Positions 20,431 through 31,090 of a stretch of DNA of 64,000 nucleotides are shown here, in pieces (position 1 is the stretch's first letter; each line of letters starts with the position of its first letter). This stretch comes from Candidatus Heimdallarchaeota archaeon (GTDB lineage Archaea; Asgardarchaeota; Heimdallarchaeia; Heimdallarchaeales; Heimdallarchaeaceae): contig JAHLWR010000021.1 of the NCBI GenBank assembly GCA_019057815.1, positions 1 through 64,000 on the forward strand, read 5' to 3'. The position numbers and the translations under genes were made by a program. The notes under the pieces were generated by a model that saw only the letters and a list, made by a program, of their open reading frames with translations, was not told the DNA's origin and did not search any database.

Positions 20431-21330
20431 ATGCTTCAAATAATTAGAATTGATAAATCAAAATGTATCAAGTGTCAAAAATGTGTGGATGTATGTCCCG
20501 TTTCTTTATATTCTGTTAAGAGAGACGAAAAGAAAATGAAAAAAAGTATAGTTTTTAGTGACACTTTGGGTAAATGTATTAGATGTGGACATTGCATAGC
20601 AATTTGCCCAACAGAGGCTATAGAATACAAGGGAACTGATCTTACATTTAATTTTGAAGAAGCAAGCTATCCTGAGGAGCTACTAAATTTTGATGATTTT
20701 ATTAAACTTATAAGAAGTCGAAGATCAATAAGAGTATTTGAAGACAAACCTGTTTCTAAAGAAAAAATCGGATCTATTTTAGAATCCATGAGATATGCCC
20801 CTAGCGCAAGTAATAAACAAAGTAGAAAATATATAGTTATAACTAATCAGAATGAAATAGACAATCTATCAAAAAAAATTGCGAATATGATTATTAAAGC
20901 AAGATTTCTCTTTAAGCTACGATACATTTTGTTTCCCTTTATTAAAGGTGTATTAAGAAAACGTTTACTAAATCCAAAAACTAAACATAGTCTGAAAATG
21001 TTTCTAGAAGAAACTACAAAAGGTAGAGATCTGATTTTTTTCAACGCTCCATGTGTCATAATTTTATATGCACCTAAATATAGTCAAATGACAGGTCCTG
21101 ATGCAGGAATAGCTCTTACTCACGGAATGTTTGCTGCTCAAGCTCTCGGATTAGGAACTTGTTGGATTGGTTTTGCTCAAGAGTATCTCTGGAGAAGTAA
21201 AAAAACTAGAAAACAGCTTGGAATTTCATCATGGTGTAATGTCTATGGTGTAATGATAATTGGGTATCCTAAACATAGATTTGAAAGAGCTCCACCAAGA
21301 AAACGCTTGACAGTGCAGTGGTTAGAGTGA
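20431..21330 (+). CDS. Nitroreductase with an N-terminal 2x[4Fe-4S] ferredoxin domain
   Basis: Two CxxCxxCxxxCP motifs; RRSIR, APSASN, GLGTCWIG. Confidence 0.93.
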   Translation: MLQIIRIDKSKCIKCQKCVDVCPVSLYSVKRDEKKMKKSIVFSDTLGKCIRCGHCIAICPTEAIEYKGTDLTFNFEEASYPEELLNFDDFIKLIRSRRSIRVFEDKPVSKEKIGSILESMRYAPSASNKQSRKYIVITNQNEIDNLSKKIANMIIKARFLFKLRYILFPFIKGVLRKRLLNPKTKHSLKMFLEETTKGRDLIFFNAPCVIILYAPKYSQMTGPDAGIALTHGMFAAQALGLGTCWIGFAQEYLWRSKKTRKQLGISSWCNVYGVMIIGYPKHRFERAPPRKRLTVQWLE

Positions 21331-21374
21331 TGATTTCTCAATTTTAGCAAATTGAAGGAATGGATGGGTGTAGA

Positions 21375-21773
21375 TTATTCCGTCACTCTAGGATCGGTAA
21401 CTATCTGAACCGAATTACCTTCTGAATCTGTTAAATTGAAGTAAGAAACCATCTTTGGAATATCGACAATGTCTGTTGTTTTAACTCCTTTACTTTCCAA
21501 ATATTCTTTAGTATCTTCTAAATTTTCTACTGCAATTGTAAACGTTCCCGAACTTGGTTGAAGCTCCTCTGATTCTTTAATAGTATTTAATCCAAGTTTA
21601 GGTGTTCCCCCAGGTAAATCTAATTCACACCACCCAGCTTCAGGTGACATATACCAAGATACTTTAAAGTTAAATATGTCCTCATAGAATTTTTTAGCTC
21701 TATCTAAATCCTTGACCTTTAGTTGGAAATACATTCTGCTGAAAACAATAGGATTGTCTTTTTTTTCTGACAT
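21375..21773 (-). CDS. VOC/glyoxalase family protein
   Basis: VKDLDRAKKFYEDIF; DSEGN. Confidence 0.88.
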   Translation of the reverse strand: MSEKKDNPIVFSRMYFQLKVKDLDRAKKFYEDIFNFKVSWYMSPEAGWCELDLPGGTPKLGLNTIKESEELQPSSGTFTIAVENLEDTKEYLESKGVKTTDIVDIPKMVSYFNLTDSEGNSVQIVTDPRVTE

Positions 21774-22092
21774 GAAAGAGGATGCAGATTTAAACATATA
21801 AGGATGTTCTATTACCAAAAGAAATATTCTAGATTTATCTAGAAATATCTCTCTTTTTATTATAGATTCACTGCTGAATAAAACGCGATAAATATCCCGA
21901 CATAAATATTATTAACGTATTTTAAACGTATTATTTGTAAAATTCAATATTAGAAATTTGAAAACTAGAGCTTCTCTAGTTTTATTGCCTTAAATTACGT
22001 CTAGAAATTTTTGTCGATAAGTTTTTGCACTTTTTTTCTTACTTGATTAGTAAAAGTTATATTATCTAAAACTTAGTTATCGTTGATAATAA

Positions 22093-22953
22093 ATGACATT
22101 TTCAATCGTTGCTTATGATCCAAAGAAAAAAGAATGGGGAGTAGCAGTTCAATCAAAGTTCATTGCAGTAGGTGCAATTGTTCCTTATGCTAAAGCAAAT
22201 GTTGGAGCTATTGCAACACAAGCTTGGTGCAATACTAGCTATGGTCCAAAGGGTTTAGCTTTACTAGAGCAAGGATTTACAGCTGAAGAAACAGTACAAA
22301 CCTTAACTAGATATGATCCAAAACGAGAGCACAGACAAGTTGGAATAGTTGATTCCTTTGGTGATGTTGATTCCTTTACAGGAAAAGAATGTTTTGAATG
22401 GGCTGGAACCATTGAAGGTGAAAATTATACTTGTCAAGGTAACATTCTAGCATCAGAAGATGTAGTTCTAGCTATGTCTCAAGCATATAAAGAAACTAAA
22501 GGAGATTTAGTAGATCGTCTTCTTGTAGCCTTAGAAGCGGGACAAGAAGAGGGAGGAGATAAAAGAGGAAAACAGTCTGCTGCAATTCTGATTGTGAAAG
22601 AGAAAGGAGTTTACGATGGTGGGACTGACAATTACATCAATATCAGAGTAGATGACCATCCAACACCTATCAAAGAAGCAAGACGCATTTTCACACTTTA
22701 TGACTTGAGCCTTTTAAAAAGAGATGATCCTGAAGACATAGTTAAATTGGAAGGAGATGTGTTGAAAACAATCAAAAAAGTACTAAAAACAGATGGTTTC
22801 TATGAAGGAGCTATTGACGCTAAGTTAGATATAATAACAAAAGATTCTTTAAGGAAGTGGATGCATACAAATAACTTTGAAGTTAAAGAGAGAGAAGACA
22901 AGTATATGTGGGGTGCGGTATACAGATATATTCAAAAACGAAAAGAAGAGTGA
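22093..22953 (+). CDS. DUF1028 Ntn-hydrolase-like protein
   Basis: MTFSIVA, GAIATQA, QGNIL, GGDKRGKQSA, RVDDH. Confidence 0.92.
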   Translation: MTFSIVAYDPKKKEWGVAVQSKFIAVGAIVPYAKANVGAIATQAWCNTSYGPKGLALLEQGFTAEETVQTLTRYDPKREHRQVGIVDSFGDVDSFTGKECFEWAGTIEGENYTCQGNILASEDVVLAMSQAYKETKGDLVDRLLVALEAGQEEGGDKRGKQSAAILIVKEKGVYDGGTDNYINIRVDDHPTPIKEARRIFTLYDLSLLKRDDPEDIVKLEGDVLKTIKKVLKTDGFYEGAIDAKLDIITKDSLRKWMHTNNFEVKEREDKYMWGAVYRYIQKRKEE

Positions 22954-23137
22954 AATACTCACTCTATTTTTTATTCATAAAAGCTGTAACCAGAAAAAAT
23001 CGGTTAATTTGCTTTTTTAAGGATTATTTCACATTGTCGTTGTGTAGCCATATTTGACGTTTAAATGACAGAATCAAACCATGCATATAAAGACATGATA
23101 ATAAAACGTTTTAAAGATTACAAAATGATATGCAAAT

Positions 23138-23587
23138 ATGAGAATACCAACTCAAGTGTTAGTATATCCTGTAAGATACAAAGATGATAAGTGGGAGTAC
23201 CTTTTACTCAGAAGAATAGAGGTAAGGGGAGGGTTTTGGCAAGGAGTTACAGGTGCTACAGAGAGAGGTGAAAAGTTGATAGATGGTGCAAAAAGAGAAT
23301 TGCTAGAAGAAACAAGTTTTGTACCAAATTTCATTTTTCATACTGATTTTTCATATACCATTCAATTAGATGAAAACCATGCAGAAGACTATCTTCCAGG
23401 TACAAAAGAAATTCTTGAGTACGTATTTATCGCAAGAATAGATCACACAGATAATCCTACACTTGATCCACTTGAACATAATGATTGGAAATGGTGCTCT
23501 TTTGATGAAGCATTAGACTTACTTCTCTGGGAGACTAATAAGGAAGCTTTAATCTATTGTAACAATTATCTAACAGAACAAAAATAA
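23138..23587 (+). CDS. Nudix hydrolase (NudB-like)
   Basis: FWQGVTG...AKRELLEET; EH. Confidence 0.88.
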   Translation: MRIPTQVLVYPVRYKDDKWEYLLLRRIEVRGGFWQGVTGATERGEKLIDGAKRELLEETSFVPNFIFHTDFSYTIQLDENHAEDYLPGTKEILEYVFIARIDHTDNPTLDPLEHNDWKWCSFDEALDLLLWETNKEALIYCNNYLTEQK

Positions 23588-23616
23588 AAAAACTCCCCCT
23601 CTCAAAAGTGTAATTT

Positions 23617-25266
23617 TTATTTTCTTCTCTGCATTGATTTTAAGCTGACTAGTGCAGTAATACCAATCAAAATCATCATTGTTGTAAACGGCGATGTTTT
23701 TGTATCACCTGTTGTTGTTTCTGTAGATATTGTTGTATCTGATGTTATTATATCATTATTAGCTTCTAAGTCTATATCTAGTAGAAATTCAACTACATTC
23801 CAAATTAGATTTTTATTGTCTCTATCACTTAAAGCAAAATCATAATCTGACCATGTAGTAGCTGCGAAAACAGCCATAGAAGCTGTGTTATTTATCTCAA
23901 TACCTGCCAATGGAATTGCCGTACCTCCTGTATTATCATTTGTGTCATCGTAAATTACTTCTATGGCTGGCGGGCTTCTGTCATCTTGATAGAACATTCT
24001 TTCCCCATATATTAACCAATGAGTGTCAAGAGAATCAGCTTGACTGTACAATGAACAAGGTGCGTAGAATTGTACTTTTTTATTTAAAGTTGAAACGATT
24101 TCTGAAATTTCTGCATCAGTTCCATATTCATTTGTGTTACAATACCAATCAGCATAATACTCAGGATCTGCAGATGTTGTGTAAACACTGTCATCATTTA
24201 TTCTAATATCTGATCCTATAGATTCTAGCAATTGATTTAGTGCTTCGTGATTCACATCATAGTAGAAATCGCTCTTGGAACTTATTATTAAATGCCCACC
24301 AGTATGATACCAGTTTGTTATAGCTTCTAATTCTGTAGCAGAGAAAAAGGTTGTATTATCGAATATAGCAGTTATTACTAACAAGTCTATGTCTATTAGT
24401 GCAAGTGTTGTTATTTCAGCTTCATTGAAAACTACTTCTACAATATCTCTATCTAGTGTATCCACAAAACCTGAAAGTGAATTATCTGTAGTATAATCAT
24501 TGTCATGATATTTATCTACCATAACTTTTGCTACATCTGTTACTTCTTCAATTACCGGCGGTGTTAGTTCTGAAATGGTGTATTCCCATATTGCTATTAT
24601 AGCGCCGATAGCTCTCCCTAATTGTTCCTCAGTTTCTGCTCTGATTGTAGAATTAGATGATAACACATCTGTTTCAGTACCTGTTGGATAAGCATTTCCT
24701 ATGTCCCAATAATATTGATGAGCATGAGTAGCACAATCAATAATGAACTGAACAGGGTCGGTTATTTCACCAAAGTCATGTACAGAAACGGTGAGAGAGT
24801 CTAATTCGCTATTGATGTCACTTTCATAAGTAAGATGACCAGGCCAGAAGAGATCTGTGTGGACTGGAATGTTGATATCGGAAGTGTAATGGGAAACAAC
24901 TCCTAGAAAGAAGAATACATTATCCCAGTCTTCATTATCAGCAAAATTCTTGATAGCATCAATGGTTTCATTAACTTTCCATGGCGCATTGTATTCTTGA
25001 CTAATCGGATAATAGAGGTGATTATCCCAATCTTGTAGAACCTGATCTGGATAAGTACTACCCCCGACTATTTCTGGTCCATAATAAGCGAAGGCTTCTT
25101 GCCATTCTGTGGATATATAGTCAGCTGCAATGTCAACCATAAATTGATGAGTAGCCAATCCCCATGCATAAGTTTGTGTAGCAGATTGATTTTGAAAAGT
25201 CAAACTAGAAAATATTAAACATGGAAGAATAAATAGAAAAACTCTTTTACGGTTCATGAGCAACAT
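23617..25266 (-). CDS. Secreted zinc-dependent phospholipase C/S1-P1-like protein with a second domain and C-terminal anchor
   Basis: Predicted mature N-terminus WGLATH, PD, HYTSD, PVH, H-x-x-YE; SPF-TM-RRK tail. Confidence 0.8.
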   Translation of the reverse strand: MLLMNRKRVFLFILPCLIFSSLTFQNQSATQTYAWGLATHQFMVDIAADYISTEWQEAFAYYGPEIVGGSTYPDQVLQDWDNHLYYPISQEYNAPWKVNETIDAIKNFADNEDWDNVFFFLGVVSHYTSDINIPVHTDLFWPGHLTYESDINSELDSLTVSVHDFGEITDPVQFIIDCATHAHQYYWDIGNAYPTGTETDVLSSNSTIRAETEEQLGRAIGAIIAIWEYTISELTPPVIEEVTDVAKVMVDKYHDNDYTTDNSLSGFVDTLDRDIVEVVFNEAEITTLALIDIDLLVITAIFDNTTFFSATELEAITNWYHTGGHLIISSKSDFYYDVNHEALNQLLESIGSDIRINDDSVYTTSADPEYYADWYCNTNEYGTDAEISEIVSTLNKKVQFYAPCSLYSQADSLDTHWLIYGERMFYQDDRSPPAIEVIYDDTNDNTGGTAIPLAGIEINNTASMAVFAATTWSDYDFALSDRDNKNLIWNVVEFLLDIDLEANNDIITSDTTISTETTTGDTKTSPFTTMMILIGITALVSLKSMQRRK

Positions 25267-25339
25267 AGAATAGTTGGTTAAAAAATATTACGGGAAAAAA
25301 CGAGAAGGAAAAGAAAATAGCAAATCTATTTTCCCCCTA

Positions 25340-25810
25340 TTATTCACTTTGTTTGAAAGATTTAACGATTTGATAAGCTCTTATACTGGCATATGTAGCT
25401 CCTATCACTAACGCTATCGAACCATATATGAGACTGGAAAGAGGGAAAAGCAAGAAGTAGAAGAGAATTGTTATAATAGCACTCATACCAAGAAAACCTC
25501 CAAAAATCCCCAAAGAAGGAACAAGCCATCCTCGTATAACATATACTTCTGTAAGTATCCCTAGTTTTATGTTTCGGAGATTTGCATATTTCTCAGGTAA
25601 GTAGTATTTATTGTTTTTATTTTTTTCTAGTAAACCCAATTGTTCAAGTCTCTGAAGATGATATTGTGCATGACTAGCCGTTTTTAATCCTAAACGCCTT
25701 TGAGATTCTCTTACTCCAATATTCTTCCCTTCCTTAACAGCATAAACGAATACACGTAAGGATGTTCCTTTTAAGGAAGAAATTATATCTTCATTAATAT
25801 CAGTTACCAT
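25340..25810 (-). CDS. wHTH protein with two C-terminal TM helices
   Basis: GVRESQRRLGLKTASHAQYHLQRL; hydrophobic C-terminus. Confidence 0.8.
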   Translation of the reverse strand: MVTDINEDIISSLKGTSLRVFVYAVKEGKNIGVRESQRRLGLKTASHAQYHLQRLEQLGLLEKNKNNKYYLPEKYANLRNIKLGILTEVYVIRGWLVPSLGIFGGFLGMSAIITILFYFLLFPLSSLIYGSIALVIGATYASIRAYQIVKSFKQSE

Positions 25811-25820
25811 TTACTTACAC

Positions 25821-28391
25821 CTAAACATCTAAATGGGGCGCAAAGATTATTTGAAGAGTTGATAAGAGATCGTTAAAAGCACTTTCAGGTTCAAGTATGT
25901 CTGCTCCAATCATATTGGTATCTCCTGTCCACCGTGTTACAAATATTAATCCATCTTCTAAGATTAGTAGTTGTATTACTGTTGTATTTGCTAAGTATAA
26001 CTGTATTCCCCAATAAATATTTGCTGTGTATCCCATTGTTTCATAGTCATAAGGAGCAACACCATATGTCCCTATTTTAGTTGTATTGCTAACTGAAGTG
26101 AAAAGGCTCTCAGCTATATTGGTAATATCAGGTTCGTAGATTATGAAATTTGTTTCACCTCCAACAGGGGTGCCATTAACAAAGTCAAGTGTTTGAGCAC
26201 TTACATTCCAGGTTAATAATTCACTTTCCTCAACTCTATCCATTGTAGCCCAAATCAATCTAGAATGTATAGCAATTGTGCCATTACCAACAATTTCAAC
26301 ATGCACAACTTCAGGAATTAAATCCCTTATAGCCATTCCGAGAGCAGTAGTATAGGATGAATCATTATCTGGAATATTATCATCTAAACTAAAATGTAAA
26401 GTGATTCCAACTACACTTCCAAGAACAATAGCTCCCATTATACCAATCGCAATCCCTTTAATAAAATCCCGTCTTAAATTGTTCGAAATAATGTTATAAA
26501 ACGTTTTTTTCTTCTTTGGAGCTTTAGTGATTTTCTTTCTTTTCAGAACAGTTGTCTTAGATTTTTCTAGAGGTTTATGTTTTTTAAGCTTATTTTTCTT
26601 CTTGTTATAATAGAAATAAGCACCAAACGCTAATACTACAAAGGGGATTATTAGAAACAATAACCATAGCTTTGATACAATTTCTGATTCGTATCCTTCA
26701 GGTGCAACTTTAGGTTTAAGTAGAGGATAAATGTCTTCGGAATGTGATTCTCCATCGATTTTGTATGTACTTTTCCACCCTAAATCTGACCAGTAGTTGC
26801 CCTCTTTAAATGTAGGTTCGTACCATGTAGTATTTTCACCATCATCATAACATTGTGAGAAACTTATCGATTGAAGCTCCTCTGCGACATTATCTATGAA
26901 ACTATTGTAGAAAATAATGTTATTTTTAGAATTACTATTCACATAAATAGCTTCATAGACGTTCTCTTGGAAGATATTGTTGTAAATATAGCTGCTATTA
27001 GATGCAAAAAGGAAAATTCCTTGGTGTTTGTTAAAACTAATAGTATTATTTCTGATAAGTGAGGATTCTGTATATGCTAACGTGATTGCGACATCATTGT
27101 AACATATACTATTGTTTACCAGTAAGACAAAACCAACATTTCTTAACCGCACTCCATTTTGGGTGTTATTTTCAATAATACAACTATAAATATATACTTC
27201 GTCTGATGTTTCGATAACAAGAGCTTCCTCATTGTCTGAAATTGTATTTTCTACTAGAAATATAAATTCTGAATAACGAATTAGCACTGCTTTTCTATTA
27301 GGACTGTTATTGTTACAAGTATTTTTTTCTAACATCACGGTATGTGCTTTTTCGAGTATTACAGCATTTTTATTATAATTGCACGTGTTGTTTCTAAGAG
27401 TTAACTGAGAACTGTAAACAGAAAATATTCCATATCTATTATTATTACAAACGTTATCTATAACCTCACATTCAGTGCAGAATATTAGTTCAATTCCAAC
27501 GTCTAGTTCCGTAAGATATTGATTTTTAATAGTTATATTGGTACAATTAATTAGTATAATCTGTCCATATTCTGATGATGAAATAGTGTCATTATGTGAA
27601 TTAACTAACACTAACATCTCTTTTCCTTTTATGTAATTACCATAGATTTCATTGGATAAATACATATCAAGAATTTCGTTTTTATAATCATCGGGAAATA
27701 TCATGGGATTACGTAGGAATATCCCCCCCTTGTTGAAAGAGTTATTTGCTATCACTGAATCCTGCAATGCAAAAGTATCTATACCAAATTCTGATGTAAA
27801 ATTATTATTGCTGATATTAGCAAATCTTGAGTCAAATACTATTATACCGACATAATTTCCGCTAATTGTATTGTCAGATATTAAAACACCATTAGCTTCT
27901 TGTAAGTCTATACTTGCTGTAATAGCTTGCTCACTTGAAACAGTATTATTACAAATCTCAGCTGTTCCATTTTCAACCATCCAAAGACTTATAGCTGCAT
28001 AATAAGAGTCTATCACACAATTTTGAATGACAAAATATCTTGTTGTTCCGCTGATGAATATTCCAGTTGTAGTCGAAACAATGTGGTAATTTTCAATACG
28101 ATAAGGATTTTCTGCTGTTCCATTTCCTAGAAAATCATTTAGTGCAAAATCCTCATCAGAAGTGATTGAAATTGGTCCTCTTTCCAAAATATCTTTTTTT
28201 GGGAAAGATTGTTCAATTATCTGAGAACTATCTATTATCTCTCTGTTCTGATCAAAGTATCCCTCATGTCCAGTATCACCAACTAAGGTTGTTTGTATTA
28301 ACTGCAATTCTACTGAAAGAATAAATAACGAGATGATCCCAATTGATATGAGTGTTTTCTTATTTGTGAATATTTGTTTCATTTTTTCCAC
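25821..28391 (-). CDS. Parallel beta-helix (NosD-like) surface protein with two internal TMs and an extra C-terminal domain
   Basis: GNGTAENPYRIE, NNTC repeats, GNYWSD; TM-basic loop-TM. Confidence 0.8.
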   Translation of the reverse strand: MEKMKQIFTNKKTLISIGIISLFILSVELQLIQTTLVGDTGHEGYFDQNREIIDSSQIIEQSFPKKDILERGPISITSDEDFALNDFLGNGTAENPYRIENYHIVSTTTGIFISGTTRYFVIQNCVIDSYYAAISLWMVENGTAEICNNTVSSEQAITASIDLQEANGVLISDNTISGNYVGIIVFDSRFANISNNNFTSEFGIDTFALQDSVIANNSFNKGGIFLRNPMIFPDDYKNEILDMYLSNEIYGNYIKGKEMLVLVNSHNDTISSSEYGQIILINCTNITIKNQYLTELDVGIELIFCTECEVIDNVCNNNRYGIFSVYSSQLTLRNNTCNYNKNAVILEKAHTVMLEKNTCNNNSPNRKAVLIRYSEFIFLVENTISDNEEALVIETSDEVYIYSCIIENNTQNGVRLRNVGFVLLVNNSICYNDVAITLAYTESSLIRNNTISFNKHQGIFLFASNSSYIYNNIFQENVYEAIYVNSNSKNNIIFYNSFIDNVAEELQSISFSQCYDDGENTTWYEPTFKEGNYWSDLGWKSTYKIDGESHSEDIYPLLKPKVAPEGYESEIVSKLWLLFLIIPFVVLAFGAYFYYNKKKNKLKKHKPLEKSKTTVLKRKKITKAPKKKKTFYNIISNNLRRDFIKGIAIGIMGAIVLGSVVGITLHFSLDDNIPDNDSSYTTALGMAIRDLIPEVVHVEIVGNGTIAIHSRLIWATMDRVEESELLTWNVSAQTLDFVNGTPVGGETNFIIYEPDITNIAESLFTSVSNTTKIGTYGVAPYDYETMGYTANIYWGIQLYLANTTVIQLLILEDGLIFVTRWTGDTNMIGADILEPESAFNDLLSTLQIIFAPHLDV

Positions 28392-28426
28392 AATGTCTGT
28401 TTAATTTCAGAGTTATATAATAAAAG

Positions 28427-28461
28427 GCTTTGTACAGAGCAATTGCTTTACTGTACAAAGC
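28427..28461. promoter_or_regulatory. Inverted repeat just upstream of a TATA-like box (operator or terminator)
   Basis: GCTTTGTACAG-N13-CTGTACAAAGC with an internal AGCAATTGCT palindrome. Confidence 0.5.
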
Positions 28462-28482
28462 TTTGAAAGCTAGATGAAACAC

Positions 28483-29271
28483 TTAGATTATTTTATCTAA
28501 GAATGGTTCTAAGAAATTATCAAGAAACATCATTATGACGAATCCAGCTATAATTCCGAAAGTTACTTGTCTTGAATATTTTTTTCCATGTGTTTCAGGG
28601 ATTATTTCATCTGCAACTACAAAAATCATTGCTCCTGCTGCAAAAGCCATTCCAAATCCTAAGAGGAATTTAGTGACTGATACTGCTGCTACACCTAAGA
28701 ATGCTCCAATAGGTTCAACAAGTCCTGTAAATGCTGCGATGAGAAAAGCTTTTTTTCTTGAGTAACCCTCTCGTAATAAAGGCATGGCTACTGCTGTTCC
28801 TTCAGGAATATTCTGTAAACCTATTGCAATTGCTATAACGAGACCTGCAGTCAATTCATCGGTTCCAAAACTTACACCAACAGCTAAACCTTCAGGAAAA
28901 TTATGTATTGTAATAGCAATGATAAATAGCCATGTTGCGGCTAATCTTTTAGATACCTTTCCTTCTGGACCAGAAACAAAATGTTTGTGTGGTGCCCATT
29001 TGTCTATTACAGCAATAAAAACAGCTCCAACGAGAACTCCAGCTGATACAATCCATACTCCTCCACCTAGTGATGGGTCTAATTCCAAAGCTGGAACAAG
29101 CAAGCTAAAAGCTGAAGCTGCGAGCATAACACCAGCAGCGAAACCAAGTAATAAATCTAATGTCTTATCTGAAATGCTCTTTTTGAAAAATACTGGGAGT
29201 GCTCCGAGAGCTGTAGCTAAGCCTGCACAAAGTGAAGCTAATGTTCCTATTAGAATAATCCACCAATCCAT
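28483..29271 (-). CDS. ZIP family metal transporter (ZupT/GufA-like)
   Basis: GFAAGVML, HNFPEG, QNIPEG, GLVEP, EIIPE. Confidence 0.95.
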   Translation of the reverse strand: MDWWIILIGTLASLCAGLATALGALPVFFKKSISDKTLDLLLGFAAGVMLAASAFSLLVPALELDPSLGGGVWIVSAGVLVGAVFIAVIDKWAPHKHFVSGPEGKVSKRLAATWLFIIAITIHNFPEGLAVGVSFGTDELTAGLVIAIAIGLQNIPEGTAVAMPLLREGYSRKKAFLIAAFTGLVEPIGAFLGVAAVSVTKFLLGFGMAFAAGAMIFVVADEIIPETHGKKYSRQVTFGIIAGFVIMMFLDNFLEPFLDKII

Positions 29272-29496
29272 TGAATCAGCTCAACCTTACTAACTTCTTT
29301 TTCATTTGAGAATATTAATGTTTCACAGATTTTCATCTCCAAATATTGTTACTCTTCAAGATAAATCAATGACATCTTCAGAAGATAGAGGGGTATTCCT
29401 TGATTATTAAATGAGATTTCTTCTCTGATCCTTTAATTTTGGTAAAATGAAAGAATCTACCATAAATTTTTTTATTATGACTTCTATTTCCAAAAC

Positions 29497-30999
29497 ATGA
29501 ATATTTCCACTTTAATTGCTAATATTGGAGAAATTGATGCTCCCATTGTTTTAATCGGTGTTTTTGAGGATGAAGAAAATCAGGTTAGCGTTGATGATTC
29601 AGATTCATTTTCAAAACTAATCAAAGAAGTAATAGAACTTGGTGATTTTAGAGGTAAAAAGGGAGATTTCTCAGTTCTTTATACACGAGGAGTCATAAAA
29701 TCCCCTAGAATCATGCTTGTAGGTTTAGGAAAAGAAGATAAACATAATCTTGAGAATATTCGGAAAACTTTGGGTAATGCATCTAGAAAAGTTAGAGATC
29801 TAGGTACTGGAAAACTAGCAGTATGTTTAGACCATTTTATAGTAGAAAAGATGTGTAATGAGAAAGCTACCGAAGCTATTATTCAGGGTATAATTATGGG
29901 TAGTTATCAGAATCTAACTTATCGGACAAAAGATTTGGACAAATATAAGCACTTAGACGAAATTGTGGTGTTTAGTTCGATTACAGAAGAATCTGTACTA
30001 CGAAAAGGAGCTGAGAGTGGAAAAATTATAGCAGAATCTGTAAACTTCTGTAGATCATTAGCTTGGGGTCCTGCTAATTATATAACCCCAACAAAACTTG
30101 CAGAAGAAGCAGAAAGATTATCAAAAGAGCTTGGTGTAAAAACAACCATCTTTGAGCGAGAGGAAGCGAAAAATGTAGGACTTCATAGTTTCATAGCAGT
30201 AGCAAAAGGAACAGATGAACCTCCTAAATTCATCATTATGGAATATGGAGCCAATAAGAAAGACGTCGATACAGTTGCAATAATAGGCAAAGCCATAACA
30301 TTTGATAGTGGTGGAATAAGCATTAAACCTAGTCTAGGTATGGAAAGAATGAAATGTGATATGACTGGTGGAGCTGTTGTTATTGCAGCGATGGAAGCAA
30401 TTGCTAGATTGGATATTAACCTTCATGTGGTCGCCATTGTTCCAGCTACAGATAACATGCCTTCAGGAAAAGCCTACCATCCAGGTGATGTAATTAAAAG
30501 TTATAGTGGTCAGACAATCGAAGTTATTAGTACTGACGCAGAAGGAAGAATGGTTCTTAACGATGCTCTAACTTATGCAGCAAAAAATTATAATCCAAAA
30601 GCAATGTTTGATTTTGCAACTCTTACTGGGGCAATGGTGATAGCTTTAGGTGAGCATGCTATTGGATACTTTGCAAATGATGACAAAGTTGCAGATATAT
30701 TAGAAAAGGCTTCTAATACTAGTGGTGATGCTGTGTGGAGAATGCCCCTCTGGAAAGTTTATGATCAACAACTCAAAAGCAGTGTTGCTGATATGAAACA
30801 TTCTGGTGGAAGACCAGGAGGAGCAATTACTGCAGCAAGATTCCTAAGTAAATTTGTTATGGATGTTCCTTGGGCTCATCTTGATATAGCAGGATTAATG
30901 GAACAGACGAGTGATAAAGGTTACAATCCCAAGGGGAGTAAAGGAGCAGGTGTTAGGCTTATCATAGACGTTCTTAGAAATTGGACAGACATTCAATAA
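29497..30999 (+). CDS. pepA: Leucyl aminopeptidase, M17 family
   Basis: GKAITFDSGG, MKCDMTG, STDAEGR, ATLTGA, WAHLDIAG. Confidence 0.96.
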   Translation: MNISTLIANIGEIDAPIVLIGVFEDEENQVSVDDSDSFSKLIKEVIELGDFRGKKGDFSVLYTRGVIKSPRIMLVGLGKEDKHNLENIRKTLGNASRKVRDLGTGKLAVCLDHFIVEKMCNEKATEAIIQGIIMGSYQNLTYRTKDLDKYKHLDEIVVFSSITEESVLRKGAESGKIIAESVNFCRSLAWGPANYITPTKLAEEAERLSKELGVKTTIFEREEAKNVGLHSFIAVAKGTDEPPKFIIMEYGANKKDVDTVAIIGKAITFDSGGISIKPSLGMERMKCDMTGGAVVIAAMEAIARLDINLHVVAIVPATDNMPSGKAYHPGDVIKSYSGQTIEVISTDAEGRMVLNDALTYAAKNYNPKAMFDFATLTGAMVIALGEHAIGYFANDDKVADILEKASNTSGDAVWRMPLWKVYDQQLKSSVADMKHSGGRPGGAITAARFLSKFVMDVPWAHLDIAGLMEQTSDKGYNPKGSKGAGVRLIIDVLRNWTDIQ

Positions 31000-31090
31000 A
31001 TCCCTCTCTAAGAACTGCTACAATTTTTTTTTCTTATTCATTTAAGGAGATTTAGAAAATTTTATTAACGACATGTAATTGAGTTTCTGT

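Noticed and set aside
28535-29293. Plus-strand ORFs within the ZIP gene, and similar nested antisense ORFs throughout the window
   Set aside because: They overlap well-supported genes on the opposite strand and have no motifs.
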